Positions 1 to 11,850 of a stretch of 64,000 nt of DNA are shown in pieces (positions within the stretch are counted from its first letter, which is position 1; each line of letters begins with the position of its first letter). Below the pieces are notes generated by a model, which made no database searches, was not told where the DNA came from, and saw nothing but the letters and a program-made list of their open reading frames with translations. Both the position numbers and the translations under genes were made by a program. The DNA is taken from NCBI RefSeq assembly GCF_016433145.1, contig NC_058131.1:91791843-91855842 (forward strand), written 5' to 3'. This DNA is from Gracilinanus agilis (taxonomy: Eukaryota).

Positions 1-52
1 AACCCTACATGGTTGTCATGCCCTTATATGGTTCTAGCCTTCTAATCCATTC

Positions 53-270
53 GTATATATAAAATTATATGTATAAATGTTACACAATATATAAATTTTA
101 CATATATAAAGTTTTAATATATAAATTATATATATAAACTTTATATATAAATTTTACATATATATAAATTTTAATATATATATTTTATATATAAACTTTA
201 TATATAAATTTTACATATATGAACTATAAATTATATATAATATACAAATTATATATATGTAATATATATA
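53..270. repeat. AT-rich degenerate tandem/low-complexity tract abutting a SINE tail
   Basis: Recurring TATATATAAATTTTA(C/A)A-like units, almost no G/C. Confidence 0.8.
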
Positions 271-465
271 AACCCTTACTTTTCCTTTTAGAATCAATAC
301 AGTGTATTGGTTCTGAGGCAGAAGAGGGGGAAAGGCTAGGCAATGAGGGTTAAGTGACTTGCCCAGGGCCACACAGCTAGGAAGTATCTGAAGCCACATT
401 TTAACCCAGGACCTGTGGTCTCTGGACCTGGCTCTCTATCCCCTGAGCCACCCAGCCATTCCCCC
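270..465 (-). mobile_element. SINE1_Mdo-like SINE
   Basis: Reverse complement of the typical ...CCCTGGGCAAGTCACTTAACC...GCCTAGCC...AAGTAAGGGTTT body; the same sequence recurs about 10 times in the window. Confidence 0.85.
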
Positions 466-985
466 TTCTAAACCACCTCAAGGTGGTGGAGAACCTTGCT
501 CCTGCCAACATCTCCAAACAATGATCACTAGAGACCCTGCAGGCCACAAGAGCATCACCAGGTCCTTCAGGATTATTTCCGATGCTTGTCAGGCTATCCT
601 GGCATTGGCTGCTCGTGAGTAATGTGGTTTGGGTGCATCCTGTTCCAGTGACAGGTCATCGCTGGAGGGACAACTGAGTTTTTCTGGGTGACCTACTTAA
701 GGTCTTCTTCACACAGCCTCACAGAAACACTAGTCAAGATGGAAAAGACCTTCCCTTCGGTTCTTGCCACAAGTTTTCCGGGAGGAAGACTGTAGGCTTG
801 GCTCATTGAATATGATTAACTTAATAGTGACACAGTTAGAAGCCTTCCACCACGAGGTCCCCTTTTTGGTATCTGTGAGCAATGAGAGCCCTTCTGGGGA
901 TGATGCTCGCGAGAGTCTGCCCCTGGGCACGAAGTGGTGGGCATGCGGGATGGGAGATGATAATCTTGTTGCCCTGTTTTCAAAG

Positions 986-1110
986 GACACGGTTAGAAAC
1001 TACTCGGATCTGTACCACGATTATACCACCACACAAGTGGGGATGCACGACCTGCTCCGCAGCTTTAGACAGACCATGGACCAGTACAGCAGGGAGCCTG
1101 GCAGATACAG
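986..1110 (+). CDS. SLC3A1: SLC3A1 (rBAT) internal coding exon, equivalent to human exon 6
   Basis: caaAG|GAC...TACAG|GTaac; 125 nt; [41 protein letters not shown](R), a close match to rBAT. Confidence 0.96.
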
Positions 1111-1175
1111 GTAACAGGCTGTACCTTTGTCACCATTTCCATTTTTGGGTCATTTGTCTCTAACATCCTCTAGTA

Positions 1176-1352
1176 TTTTTTTTTTAAACCCTTACCTACT
1201 GGGTTAGAATCAATATCGTGTTTTGGTTCCAAGGCAGAAGAGTGGTAAGGGCTAGGCGATGGGGGTCACACAGCTAGGAAGTGTCTGAGGCCAAATTTGA
1301 ACGCAGGACCTCCTGTCTCTAGACCTGGATCTCCATCCACTGAGCTACCCCC
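1176..1352 (-). mobile_element. SINE1_Mdo-like SINE with apparent TSD
   Basis: T-run tail plus SINE body; TAGTATTT on both flanks (1171-1178, 1354-1361). Confidence 0.85.
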
Positions 1353-2560
1353 ATAGTATTTGAGAGCAAAAGTTATAGTCCATTAAACACACATCTGTTA
1401 AGTATTTACTGTGGGTCAGGATGGGGATACCAAGACCAAGATGAAACAGTCCCTGCCCTGGAGGAGCTTTTATTCGCCTCAGAAGATGGAGTGAGCATGT
1501 ACCTGGGTAAGTCAATTCAAAGAAGTAGTTTCAAGTGAAGAAAGTGGTCAAGGCTTCATGTCAGAAGTGTCGCATGGATCGTGCTTTGAAGAAAGATGGA
1601 GATTGCCAAAAGCAGAAGGAATGAGGCGTTGCTGCATACAAAGGCACACAGTAGGAAGACAGGATGTCATGTCTAGGGAAGAGTGGATGGGCCGATTTGT
1701 TTGGAAGGGAAATTATAGGAAGAAGAAGAATATGAAATAAGACTAGACAAGGGCCAGAATATGGAAGAATTTGAAAGCTATACTATGGACTTTTTGTTTT
1801 ATCCTAGAAGCAATAGGAAACCACTAAAAACTTCTGAGTAGGGCAGTGAAGTGGGCAGATCTAGTATAGAAAATAGTTTGAAAATGGCCATTTGATGTCA
1901 GTTTGGTAGGTCGCAGACAGACCTATTTTCTCATAGAGCCATTTGGGTTTGACTTTTGAATATGAATGCTTTATCTATACTAAGTTAAAAACACTGATGA
2001 ATGAACATTGATTACAAAAGAAATGGACAAAGAATGTTAGAAAACAAGCCAGCAAAGTACTTATGTGATGAAGACACCCTGGAGAGGAGGAAGGGATGAA
2101 GGCTGACAGCATCTGTATCATCTTAGCAGGCACAGAGGAACCTCTTTAAAGTTGGCCACTTATATGATTTCAATGGAGCCTCATGACAACCTTGTGAGGC
2201 AGTTACTCGGGGCAAGTCATGCTTCAAGGCACATTTTAATGGAGAAGAGGGTTGACTGGCTCAGATAATTTTTTCCCACTTTTGGCAGTTTGGTCTAGCA
2301 TTTGGGTTTAGTTTTTTAAATCCATTCAATATGGTTTCTAAGTTGTTGGACAATGTGTGTGTATTTGCCTCTGTCTTTGTTGAAGGTTCTAGCCAATCCC
2401 ATCACTGATATCCTTAATACTCTGCATGAAATCACATGCCTCGTGTATGGTGTATAAATATAGTGTGTCCATTCCTAGCCTTATAGCCAAATAAAATGTA
2501 TTGTGTCAAACGTATCAATTTTGAGGAAAATCAAATATTTTTTTTTTTTTTGGAGGATAG

Positions 2561-2759
2561 ATTTATGGGAACTGAAGCAAGTAATCAGGAAAGCATCGAA
2601 GAAACCATGATGTACTATGGAAAACCCTTTGTCCAAGAAGCAGATTTTCCTTTCAATTTTTACCTCACAGAAATGAGCACTATTTCTGGAACTACGATAT
2701 TTGATGTCATAAAATCCTGGATGAAGAACATGCCAGAAGGAAAGTGGCCCAACTGGATG
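2561..2759 (+). CDS. SLC3A1: SLC3A1 coding exon, equivalent to human exon 7
   Basis: gatAG|A TTT ATG...TGG ATG|GTaagt; 199 nt, phase-compatible with neighbours; FMGTEA...[11 protein letters not shown]...[10 protein letters not shown]. Confidence 0.95.
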
Positions 2760-4049
2760 GTAAGTATTCAGACCAATCCTAGGAAATATCCGTATTTCTG
2801 CATTCTGTGGCCCTTCTAGAGATTTGTTTCTAAAACCAGATGAGAGTTTGTATATAAGACCCTCGGATTTTTCCTGAGATCTAAAAGAGGGTTTTATTCT
2901 GTAAAGAAGCATTTGTTAAGAGCCTACTGTGTGCCAGACACTGTGTTAAGCAAGCCCTGGGGATACAAAGGCAAAAAACTGCTCATGCTCTCAGAGAACT
3001 CATAGTCTAATGGGGCAAAGCAAACAATTTTAGGAATTATTTTTTCATAAACATTTAAATATTTATTATAATATAATCAAATAATCATAATATAAACATC
3101 TAAATATTTAAATATTCCTACAAATATATCCACATTAGGCACAGAATCCAAAATTCTTCTCCATTATTTGCCCCAGAATTTATGATTTCAGTGAGAAGAA
3201 AATACATCTAGAAAAAAACTATTATAGAATGTGACTTCTATAGACTAGAGAAGTCAGAGCAGTCTAGGCTCCATTGACTGGGGCAGGCTTCTCCCATCTC
3301 TATTTATTCTTAGCCTCTTAAAAAAAAATGACCAAGGACAAATGCCACATCTGCAAAAGTCTTCCTTGCCTAAAGCAATGTCTCCTTTCTCTAGACTTTT
3401 GACAGTTATTTCTATTAAACTCATTTAGTGACGATTCATATTTTGTTCTCTTTTTAATCATTTTGTTTAGCCCAAAGGAATGAAAACTCAGATTGACTTT
3501 GGAAAGAGATATAAAAGTTTTTTTGTTATCAATTTGCTTGACTCCACTAGGATTCAATGTGTAATTTTATTGTTATGTTTATTTGTTGTCGACTTGTTAC
3601 GAAGTTAATGAAAAAGTATTTTACTGCTTACTTTGACAGCTTTATCTTATGTTGCAATCTGAAGGACAGGGTTATCTGAAATCCGTTTTAAGCTTCTATA
3701 CCTTAGTTTTATTTTACTACTTCCTTTAGTTTCTTAATGTATTTTTAAAATGCTGGCTATATTAGAGATGAACTTTGGAAGGCAGTTTTGCTGACTCCTA
3801 GTCTAGAAAGTAAGGAGGTAATTCAGATTTCCAGGAGCCATTTGAAGGATGGTAGGAGCACCAAATAATGTAAAGAAACATTCTCAGGACGATGTATATT
3901 GTTCTATAAGTGATGTTATTTTTATCTTGATTCTTCTGGGTTTTGTAGTAGCTGTTTGTGGCATGGCTACTGTGGTGCAGAGAGGGGGCATAACAGATTT
4001 GCAGGCTTGGCTGGAGAGTTCTTCTGTCAGTTAAGGAGGTTTTAGAATC

Positions 4050-5200
4050 TTGGGAAAAGTTCAGTTGGTCCTGGCAACTCGTGGAGAGTATGAGGGTCAA
4101 ACTGAGCTCCTTCTTTAGATTGAAACCTGGCCTATATTTTGCAGCTTTTCTTTTAAAATTGTCAGTTTACCTAATTCCTTTGAATCTCCCTACCCTACCT
4201 TATCCCCACCTTCATTTTCCCTACCTGAATGTCTGAGAAGTTTGGAAAGGAGAGTAGATCTGAGTGTTAGTTTCAAACTCGATAGTTTAGTCAAATAGGG
4301 CTTACCCTTGTTACAAATTTACCTATTGAATCATTGTATCCAGCTTTCCTACCCCTTTTGACGACAAACCCTCTCGGGCTGAAGTAGGCTGGTTCCTACT
4401 GAGTCTCACGTTCCTGCCTCCCTTCCCCCACCTGAAGCTTTCTCTAAGCGGCTGTTAGGGCTACCTTGTATCCTCTACCCTGCCATTCAACCCTAGAAAT
4501 CAATAAACCCCGTTTGTTTTAATCAAAACCCTTTGGCTACTTCATTAGTTGATTAATAAGAGAGGGAGGAGGAGAGAGAGGAACAACATTCTCTCTGGAG
4601 TTTGAGGAAGCTGGAGGTATCCATTTGGAGGAAGTGTAGCTTCAATACTTCCTCTAGTCCCTTCCTGTGAAACTGACTAAAGCCTCAAGTCAGTTTCAAG
4701 CCGTTCTTGACTGGCTCTAACCTGCCTCTGTAAAGTGTCCCTTTTACTTGAAGGGCTCAGTTTGTTTCCCTTCATTGTCTTGTCTCTAACCTGAGTATCC
4801 AGTCTGTGTTTCCCTGCTGCTGTTGCCTGCCTTAGATTAACTCATCCTCTCCCTTGCAACTCATGGTACCTCAGTGTTTATATTTCCTAAATTCAGACAT
4901 TCCCTTATTTCTCCTTTCACCTCAACTACCAACCTTCACCATTGTACCTTCCTCATCCACTATATTGCCTTAGGGATTCACAAACCCGTATTCACAGTGC
5001 CTATCCTCAATTCAATACCTATAGCTTAATCCCCTTATTACCTCCCTGTAATATTCCCTTATTACATCCTAAAATCCCCTTATTACACTACATCCTTGGA
5101 AAGGGACCTTCCAAATCTTAATCATCCTTCAGGACCCAGCTCCAGGCAACTTCCTGTCTCCTCAGGTTCTTTGCCTAATAGCATTGGCCACGTGGCCACA
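4050..5200 (+). mobile_element. LTR-like / unclassified insertion in SLC3A1 intron
   Basis: Composition shift, AATAAA at 4502-4507, three imperfect CCCTTATTAC repeats (about 5030-5086), ends ...GGCCACA. No TSD found. Confidence 0.35.
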
Positions 5201-5946
5201 TTGCTTATTTCCCCTGGTAATGACTTACTACTCCTTGGCCAGCAGGAGAGTGATCTCTTAGTGCTTGTGTTAGTTTTAAACACCCATTAATGACAATTGC
5301 CACACTTCATAATGAGTAGTCTTATCATATAGCCCAGCTAGCCTACCAAATATTGGCAAAAACAGAGCTGTAATTATGTACATTTATTATGTGAATAAAC
5401 TCCATAATGGGCAGGAACACTCATGAGTGAAGTGACTAAAGTTGGAAATATTTTTTAACTTTTGAGTTCAGAAGCAGATTTCTCTAGAAGGCTTGGACAG
5501 GCAGTCAGTAACTTGCATTATCCCTTAAGAAAACGAAAGGGATGTTGAAACAATTTCTATTTCTGAATAGAAATTGTGTTTTGAAAATAAATGTTACAAT
5601 AGTTTGCTAAAATGTAATTATAATTATAAATTTCTTCAGTGTTAATAGTAGAGCAGAAATAGGAAACTTCATTATCTGAAAGGTCTTCTTTTCTTTCTTC
5701 TATCTCCCAATCTCTTTCACTGATAGTACAGAAGTTACTTGGCCATCACCCAGTATTGCCTAGGTGGACATGTGTCCATAAAGATGTACATGTATTATAT
5801 ATGCCACACATGATAGTTTCCTTTTAGAATGCTGAAAAAAAATTTTTAAAGCTAATTTTTGTTATGATGTTTGATTTAGAGTAGGGGTAGGGACACGATT
5901 CTAGAATATACTTTGGATTATATTTTTGTAAATATTTAATTTTTAG

Positions 5947-6111
5947 ATCGGAGGACCTGACATTGTTCGGGTAACTTCTCGTTTTGGAAAAGAATATGTC
6001 AATGTCATGAATATGCTAATTTTAACACTTCCTGGGACGCCTATAACTTACTATGGTGAAGAAATAGGAATGGAAGCCATTTCAGCAGCAAATGTAAATG
6101 AAAGCTATCTC
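5947..6111 (+). CDS. SLC3A1: SLC3A1 coding exon, equivalent to human exon 8
   Basis: ttttAG|ATC...CTC|GTaagt; 165 nt; [55 protein letters not shown] (GH13-like motif). Confidence 0.96.
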
Positions 6112-6959
6112 GTAAGTATAATACAACAAACATTTCAGCAGTAAGCCCGTGCTTATTAAACAAGAGAAACATCATGTTATTAGTTTATTGAATGTAACAG
6201 TATCATAATTTTTATGAGAGTCAGTGAAGTCTACTGGAAAAGAAACAGGATTAGCACTCCAGCCTTAGTTGGTTTCCAGTCCCAGCCCTGCCCCTTGCCA
6301 GTCTTGTGCAACTCATTTGGCTTCCTGAGTCTTTTTTTCCATTTCTCTCAAATTGGTATGATTTCTGCCCTGTGTTAATCCCAGGACTTTTGTGAGCATC
6401 AAAGTGCTCCGTAAATTTAAGGTGATCTCTTTAGGATCCCTAAGCGCTTCTTCTTCTCTCTCCCTTTTGAAAAGGAGCCAATTGAAAACATTTGTTTTTC
6501 CAATCTCTCTTCTGCCACATTTCATTTCCAGAACAGATGGCACTATAGATCATTTGTTTATTCTTCTGCATGACCAAATGTGGCACTTGGTACAAAATGA
6601 GGACATCTCCTTGCAGTATATGGATGGACACAAAATGAGCCTAAATCCTCAAGTCTGAGAAGGGATGAAATAGATGATTCCAGAGATTGGTGTCCACTTC
6701 AGCTTCCTGTTTCCTCAGTGCTTGGCATACACATAAGACTCACAGAGCACATATATTATACACATATAGCCCAATTTCCTAATATTTGATGAAGGTGGAT
6801 TTTCTCTTATTTAGGGCCTATAAAACTAAACTTGATAAGGCCTAGAAATGAGCTTTATGTAAAAAACTGGCTGGATGAATGTCACTGCTACAGACAGCAG
6901 TTTAAAATGAATATCTTGAAATGTCACATTTTTAGTCATTTTTCAGTAGTGTCTGACTT

Positions 6960-7160
6960 TTCATGACCCTAGTTCGGGTTCTCTTGGCAAAGATAACAGA
7001 GTGATTTGCCATTTCCTTCTTTAGCTCATTTTACAGATAAGGCAAACAGGGCTGAGAGACTTGCTCTAGGTTACACAGTTAGATTGTAAGGCTGGGTTTG
7101 AACTCAAGCCTTCCTGACTCCAGGGCTGGTACTCTCCACCATGCCACCTAGCTGGCTTGA
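6960..7160. mobile_element. MAR1/MIR-related marsupial SINE fragment
   Basis: Contains CTTGGCAAAGATA...GATTTGCCATTTCCTTCT...CATTTTACAGAT, typical of marsupial CORE SINEs. Confidence 0.6.
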
Positions 7161-7394
7161 AATGTTATATAAAAGAATTATAATAATTTTTTAAAGTAAA
7201 CTTAATGTGACTTCACTAGCAGCTAAATATTTCTAAACTATTACATGGGAAATGGTGAATAGCTTAAGTAGTCTAACAAGTACTGAGCTCCTAGTATGTA
7301 CTTGTTACTGTAAATTATAATTAAGAAATGTTTATGAGAATTAAAAAAATTAATTACATATTGTTTGACTTTTTTGTTTTGTCTTGTTTTCTAG

Positions 7395-7508
7395 ACTCTG
7401 TTTTCCAAGTCACCAATGCAATGGGACAACAGCTCCAATGCTGGTTTTAGTGAGGGGAACCAAACCTGGTTACCCACCAATAAAGATTATCAATCTCTGA
7501 ATGTTGAT
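7395..7508 (+). CDS. SLC3A1: SLC3A1 coding exon, equivalent to human exon 9
   Basis: ttctAG|ACT...GAT|GTaagt; 114 nt; [38 protein letters not shown]. Confidence 0.96.
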
Positions 7509-9603
7509 GTAAGTGTTAAATCCACAAAATAATTAGATGGATTCTGAAAATCAGAAATGCTTCTTTCATTGTGAACAGAACTTTTATTGCTCTTGCCCAC
7601 TACTGGTCCAACTTAGGCTTTTTTGTTGACTCCTTGCACCACCACTATGGAAAAAGATGATAGAATTACAGACTCTCTAAAGTCACACTTCACAGTAAAC
7701 TTTCTTCTGTACTAGTCAATTCAAATGCAACAAGTATTTATTAATATATGCATCTCCTTGCCAAGACCTGGTGCTAAACAATGGGGATACAAAGACAAAA
7801 ATTTAAAAAAGGTGCTGGCCTCAAGGAGCTTACATTCCAAGGTCCCTGGGGAGTTAATTTATTGAAGGGTCACAAGAAAGTTTCACCACTCACTGGAATG
7901 CCATGTATTGGTAATTCCTTTGAGCTGAGATATGAAGGTGGAAGCTGTTTCAGATTTTCATATACTAAGCCACAAAAAAAAAGAACCATCACTTTATGTG
8001 GATCTGACAACAAGGCTATCTGTGAGAACAAGAGTTGCCACTCAGCATGACCAGGGCAGTAGGTAGGAGTCCAGGCTTTTAAAGTAGTTCACCAGAATTT
8101 GAAGACGTTAATATCTTCCAATGTCAGAATGATAAAAAGTTTGGTAAATTTACATATAAAGATATAAAACTCCTTAAACCAGAATTTCCTAGGTGGAGGT
8201 AACAAATGACATTTATACAGCACTTTCAGGTTTACAAAATACTTTGCTCACATCAGTGCTGGGCAGCGTGCTGTAAAAGTATTATCCCCATTTTACAGAT
8301 GAGTAAATGGTGATGCAGAAAGGTGATTTAGAGAAAGAAGCAACCTTCGAGGCCATCTGATCTAAAGAGAAAACGCCAAGGCACAGAGAGGTCACGGGGC
8401 TTGCTCAGGGGCCATGTAGCGCATGATCTTGAGTCCACATCTAGGGCCCTGTGCAGTGAGCTATGCTGACTCTTCAAAAACATGACCTTTTAAATCCCTA
8501 GTAAAATGATCATCCTCATTCAACAATTGCACAAATCTTTGATTTACAGAGAGGTTAAGGGTCTCACAGTTGGCCAGTGGTACAACCACCCTCTGAAACC
8601 TGTGTCTTTCTTGACTTGAGGGTCTACATTCATAAATCAGACAGTAAATTACTACTTCATCAAGAATTTTTGCTGACTACGGATGATTTCTACAGGGAGT
8701 CTGCAGGTCCAATCATTAGCTGGAGGAGTTCTCTTTCGTCAAATCCTTAGGGCACAGTGTCAAGGTTTCTCTCTAGAAGGTTAATGTAGTTGATGGCCCA
8801 CTTTCAGTGCCTAGCTTGGATATTGTTAGGGTTTTCTGATGTTTATTTAGGGTCTAGTGAAGCCAAGATCTGGAGATTTCAGCAACAAATAAGATATTTG
8901 TTTGGAGGGCTCTGGCTCTACACAAATGAAACCAGATGTGACACATACATCTCAGGAAGATCTGTTGGAATCTGCCCTCCCACACATATTAGCTGTTTGA
9001 CCTTGAGCAAGCCACATCAAATCTCCAAAGTTCCTGTAGCTCCCAGAGTGGATGGATCCTAGGTGGGGATCAAGTAAGATATGAAATAACATGCTTCACA
9101 GATCACTGAGTATTAGAGCAAAGGGAAAGATTGTATTAGCAATAAAAAGAAGGGTATTAGCAAAAGGAAGGATTGGTCTTGAGTCAAGACCATGTTGAAA
9201 TTCTCACAGAAGGAAAATATCTTAATCTCTTTTATTTCAGTTTCTGCATCTGTAAAATAGGGATATTTCCTCTTTCCTCTTATAGGGCTGTTGTGACAGT
9301 CAAATGAAACAATATACACAAAGTGCTTACAAACCTGAAAGCTCCTTTTAAATGTTGGCTGTTAATCTTCTTAGAGCCACTTGTAACTCTGAGCAAAGGA
9401 GCAGCTGAAAGGCAAAGTGGATCTATACTTTTATTCCCCAAAGAGTTACTTGTCATGTCACAACCATAATACTGTATTTCAAAGTGTAACTACAGATGTA
9501 TCTGGGAAATAAGCTCCTTGTATGTCATATTAGATGCAGAAAATATTAAAAAAATTTTAGAATTGCACATTTGACTGATTACATTTTTTTAAAAAAACAA
9601 CAG

Positions 9604-10044
9604 GTTCAGACGACTCAAGCCACTTCCGCGCTGAAGCTGTATCAACAATTAAGTTCCCTGCGTCTCAATGAGCTGCTTCTTAGCCGGGGCTGGCTGTGCC
9701 ACATTTGGCATGACGCAGACCTTGTGGTGTACACGAGAGAACTAGATGGCCTAGACAGGGCCTTCACCATGGTGCTCAATTTTGGGAATGAAACAGAGGT
9801 GAATTTACAGAAACTTTCTTTAGGATTCCCAGAAAAAGCCAGCATAAAGCTCAGCACCACGTTCACTAACCGAGGCGAGACAGTGGACATGGCAGCAGTG
9901 AAAACTGCAAGAGGGGAAGGCCTCATCCTGGAACACCGAATGGCCAAACTCCTGCATCATCAAGAAAGCCTCAAAGACAGGTGTCTTGTTTCAAGTAAAG
10001 CCTGTTATTCCAGCTTCTTGGATATATTATACAATTCCTGCTGA
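9604..10044 (+). CDS. SLC3A1: SLC3A1 terminal coding exon, equivalent to human exon 10
   Basis: aacAG|GTT; 441 nt to TGA; ...YTRELDGLDRAFTMVLNFG...DRCLVSSKACYSSFLDILYNSC*, with the rBAT C-terminal cysteines conserved. Confidence 0.97.
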   Translation, partial: VQTTQATSALKLYQQLSSLRLNELLLSRGWLCHIWHDADLVVYTRELDGLDRAFTMVLNFGNETEVNLQKLSLGFPEKASIKLSTTFTNRGETVDMAAVKTARGEGLILEHRMAKLLHHQESLKDRCLVSSKACYSSFLDILYNSC

Positions 10045-10206
10045 GCTGTTGTCACAGGTCATCTTTGTCTCCAACTTAGGCACTCGCTTCACCTTCAGCC
10101 TGATGTCTAGTAAACATTATGAACATTGACCAATTGTAATTCTTAAGTATTTCTATATCTTGAATTCGGCTGCTTTAGCAAAAGTTATTCTATACTCTAA
10201 AAATGC

Positions 10207-10212
10207 AATAAA
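10207..10212 (+). terminator. SLC3A1: Candidate SLC3A1 poly(A) signal
   Basis: First AATAAA after the stop, 163 nt downstream. Confidence 0.55.
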
Positions 10213-10309
10213 TATTTAAAAGAAAACCATACCTGGAAAGTTATTTGTTGAAATACTATTCAATGCTCTTTCCTCAAGTTTAAAAAAAAAATTTCATTGA
10301 GAAGAGAGA

Positions 10310-10530
10310 CAGTAGGCCATACTGGCTAGAGCTGGTCTTAGTCAAGAAGACCTGGGTTCAACTCCTGCTTTGCCTCATAGTTACTGGATGACTAAGAGCA
10401 AGTCACCCCCCCGAAGCCCTTAGCTTTTTCCTTGCTTTTTTCTCATCTGTAAGGTGTTATAGTAATAACATCTATCTCACAGGGTTGCGGTGAGGATCAT
10501 ATAAGATAATACATGTAAATATAAGAATAA
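10310..10530 (+). mobile_element. MIR-like SINE
   Basis: GACCTGGGTTCAA...GAGCAAGTCAC...CTCATCTGTAA...CTCACAGGGTTG.GGTGAGGATCA core. Confidence 0.65.
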
Positions 10531-10880
10531 ATGATGATTTGTAGGTCTGCATTAGCAGTAGGTTCCTCATCTTGAGTTCCCATACCAATTAAAAGGGCTT
10601 GTGAATAGATGGCATTAATTTAGCATTTTAAGGTGTGCCAAGAGCTTTCTATATGTTCTCTTATTTGATCCTCCTAGACGCAGAAACTGTGAAGTGGCTG
10701 CTATTATCATCCCCATTTCACAGATGAGGAAACTGCAGCTGAGAGAAAAAGTGACTTAAGTGACTGAGGCAAGATCTAAACTCCTATCTTTCTGATTCCA
10801 AGTCCCATCCTCTTTCCACTGCATCATCTAGATGTACCTAAAAAAAACAAGAGAGAATCAGGGCATCCTGTTTTCATTAT

Positions 10881-10886
10881 TTTATT
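10881..10886 (-). terminator. PREPL: Candidate PREPL poly(A) signal
   Basis: TTTATT on + (AATAAA on -), about 410 nt after the PREPL stop. Confidence 0.45.
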
Positions 10887-10936
10887 AATTTCAATGTGAA
10901 GAATTTTATCTTGTTCCAATTGCCTAAAGGCACAGA

Positions 10937-10962
10937 AACCAACCAACCAACCAACCAACCAA
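10937..10962. repeat. (AACC)6 microsatellite
   Basis: Direct reading. Confidence 0.95.
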
Positions 10963-11294
10963 CAAACTCCCAACCTTTCCTCTGTTCTCAGCCTGCCTTT
11001 GTCACCTTCCTCTAGAATAAGGCGACCTCTAAGAAAGGAAGACCAGAGCTGAAGACAGAGGGAGCTAGGCATGGGCGCTTTTGGACACCCATGGACAGAG
11101 AGTGTAAAATACTGGTCTAGGCAAAGATAAGGCTTTTGATGGGTGAGAGAATTCCAAACAATGTCACAAACTGACTTACTGAGCTCTGCTGACCCCCCAA
11201 TAGTGTGAGATTGTAATTTATCCCTACATTTCTGGAACATGCAATGCTGCTGCATGAGACATATTTCAGCTTCCATCTTGTCTTCAAATGGGTG

Positions 11295-11360
11295 TTAGTT
11301 GGGGGGACCAGTGTCGCCAAGTCCAAGCTCCTTGTACAGAAAAGCAAGATGTTTGGCAAC
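11295..11360 (-). CDS. PREPL: PREPL last coding exon (14/14)
   Basis: cttttAG|GTT; VAKHLAFLYKELGLGDTGPPN*; FLY(K/E)ELGL matches the PREPL C-terminal helix. Confidence 0.9.
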   Translation of the reverse strand, partial: VAKHLAFLYKELGLGDTGPPN

Positions 11361-11767
11361 CTAAAAGAAGCAAAGTTTAAACAAATGGGATACCCTAAAG
11401 TGACACACCAGAGTATAGGTTGTCTTATTCTATTGCTCTTCTCAAACAAGTCAGGCAACCTATGTTATGGGCAGATGCAGATGAAGTCTTCTCTCTGATG
11501 AATGATGAAAAGCTTCCATCTCTAGGTACTTAAAGGCCCTCTTTCTTAATGTTCTTTCTCATCCCTTTTAATTTTCTTATTCTATTTCTTTTTCTCCTTT
11601 TCCCTTCCCTATGCCTTATTGGTAGCTACTGGCATGCTATTGGTAGCCCTCAGGTTAAGGAACTGAGAAGTTCATCTGAAACAATTTACATTTAAGGGAT
11701 GGAAGTTGGTTTTTATTTAATGGGGATAATAACCGTGATTTTATTTGAGGGAGAATATTCAACATAC

Positions 11768-11850
11768 CTCAGTTACTAAATCCTCCCAAGAAGCTGCAGC
11801 GTGGCTTCCTCCAGGCTGAACATCTAAAATAATATTAGGCATCTTTCTTC
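11768..11850 (-). CDS. PREPL: PREPL coding exon 13/14 (catalytic His)
   Basis: ctttcAG|GA...GAG|GTatgt; 83 nt; (G)RKMPNIILDVQPGGSHAAASWEDLVTE versus human PNIILDIQPGGNH. Confidence 0.93.
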
